Shown: piece by piece, positions 63,294 through 64,000 of the stretch
Position numbering within the stretch: the stretch's first letter is position 1
Layout of the letters: each line of letters opens with the position of its first letter
From: Hormiphora californensis
Taxonomy: Eukaryota; Animalia; Ctenophora
Reading direction: 5' to 3'
Assembly: GCA_020137815.1 (NCBI GenBank)
Contig: CM035352.1
Coordinates: 1,178,001 to 1,242,000 of the forward strand
DNA: 64,000 nt
Program-made: the position numbers and the translations under genes
Notes under the pieces: generated by a model
What the model saw: only the letters and a program-made list of their open reading frames with translations
Told to the model about the DNA's origin: nothing
Database searches by the model: none

Positions 63294-64000
63294 ATGATGA
63301 TGTTTACAGCGGCCCTCCTGTTTACTGGGCTTCTCGGCCATACTACTGGATTTACTACTTATGGACCTACTACCAGTACTTCCATGCCGGACCAAATAAA
63401 TAGGGACCATATCCGGCCGGTATGTTTGCCAAAAGTACTCCCAATGGCGCCTCCACGCGTAATTTGTTTGGGTTGTTAGCACTTTGCAAGCTGCGGCGCA
63501 GGTATACATTATACCATCGCGGGACAAAAGTACCCGTAATTTTTGTAAGTTGCTCTTTCACATTTCTTCCCTTGCAGATGCTGACCATAACCGTAGGTGT
63601 GCAAACTGAGGGTTACCACGGGTACAGTGGAACAGATAACAATATCAGAATAACCATATATGGAGCGAACAATGATGTCAGCTTTTCCCTTGGAAGCTCC
63701 TTCCCCAAGTCATCCTTCAAAAGGGTACACAATCAATAGCAAACCTCTATTTTAAGTAGCTACGATTATGAGATCATTATATATTATTCAACCTCCTCAG
63801 GTATTATGACGTCATTTTATTCAACCTCCTCAGGTACACTACAGGACGAACGTGGAGCTGGGAAACATCCAATGTATTGAACTCGAAACTGATGGCACGG
63901 ACTGGTGGTGGCCAAGGCAAATCACACTCCAGATCGATCATGGCAAGCCTATGTACTTCTACAACACCCACAATCAAAAACTATCAAAAGATGACTATGG
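63294..64000 (+). CDS. Secreted PLAT/LH2-domain protein (runs off window)
   Basis: Signal peptide MMMFTAALLFTGLLG; ITVGVQT..YSGTDNNIRITIYG; ELGNIQCIELETDGTDWWWPRQITL. Confidence 0.72.

Overview
Eukaryotic (animal) genomic DNA: gene-dense, intron-rich and full of transposon remnants. A ctenophore of the Pleurobrachia type is inferred from the gene style, nested genes and a recognisable CAGGAA..TTCCTG repeat; this is not proven. Genes in order: the 3' part of an Unc13/BAIAP3-like C2 gene (+); IFT122 (-), whose 14.4-kb intron 2 holds two antisense F-type-lectin-like paralogs and an inverted-triplication array of non-autonomous TIR elements; a 5'-truncated L2/CR1-type LINE; a C2H2 zinc-finger gene; EIF3C, with a nested antisense Sushi-domain gene and stacked foldback elements; MED28-like; a LEM2/MAN1-like gene; a RING/B-box TRIM-like gene (-) containing a 2.5-kb palindrome; DNAAF3 (-); and a PLAT-domain gene probably nested in DNAAF3. 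Most unusual signals: (1) tandem arrays of complete 3' splice sites in EIF3C introns, where only the last copy gives an open frame; (2) a 3'-splice-acceptor-like AG a few nt before almost every start codon, suggesting spliced-leader trans-splicing and possibly an operon; (3) a DUP-TRP/INV-DUP-like rearrangement with a visible template-switch signature; (4) nested lectin paralogs whose differences cluster in loops. Several single-base frameshifts in conserved genes point to assembly indel errors. All exon boundaries were read by eye.
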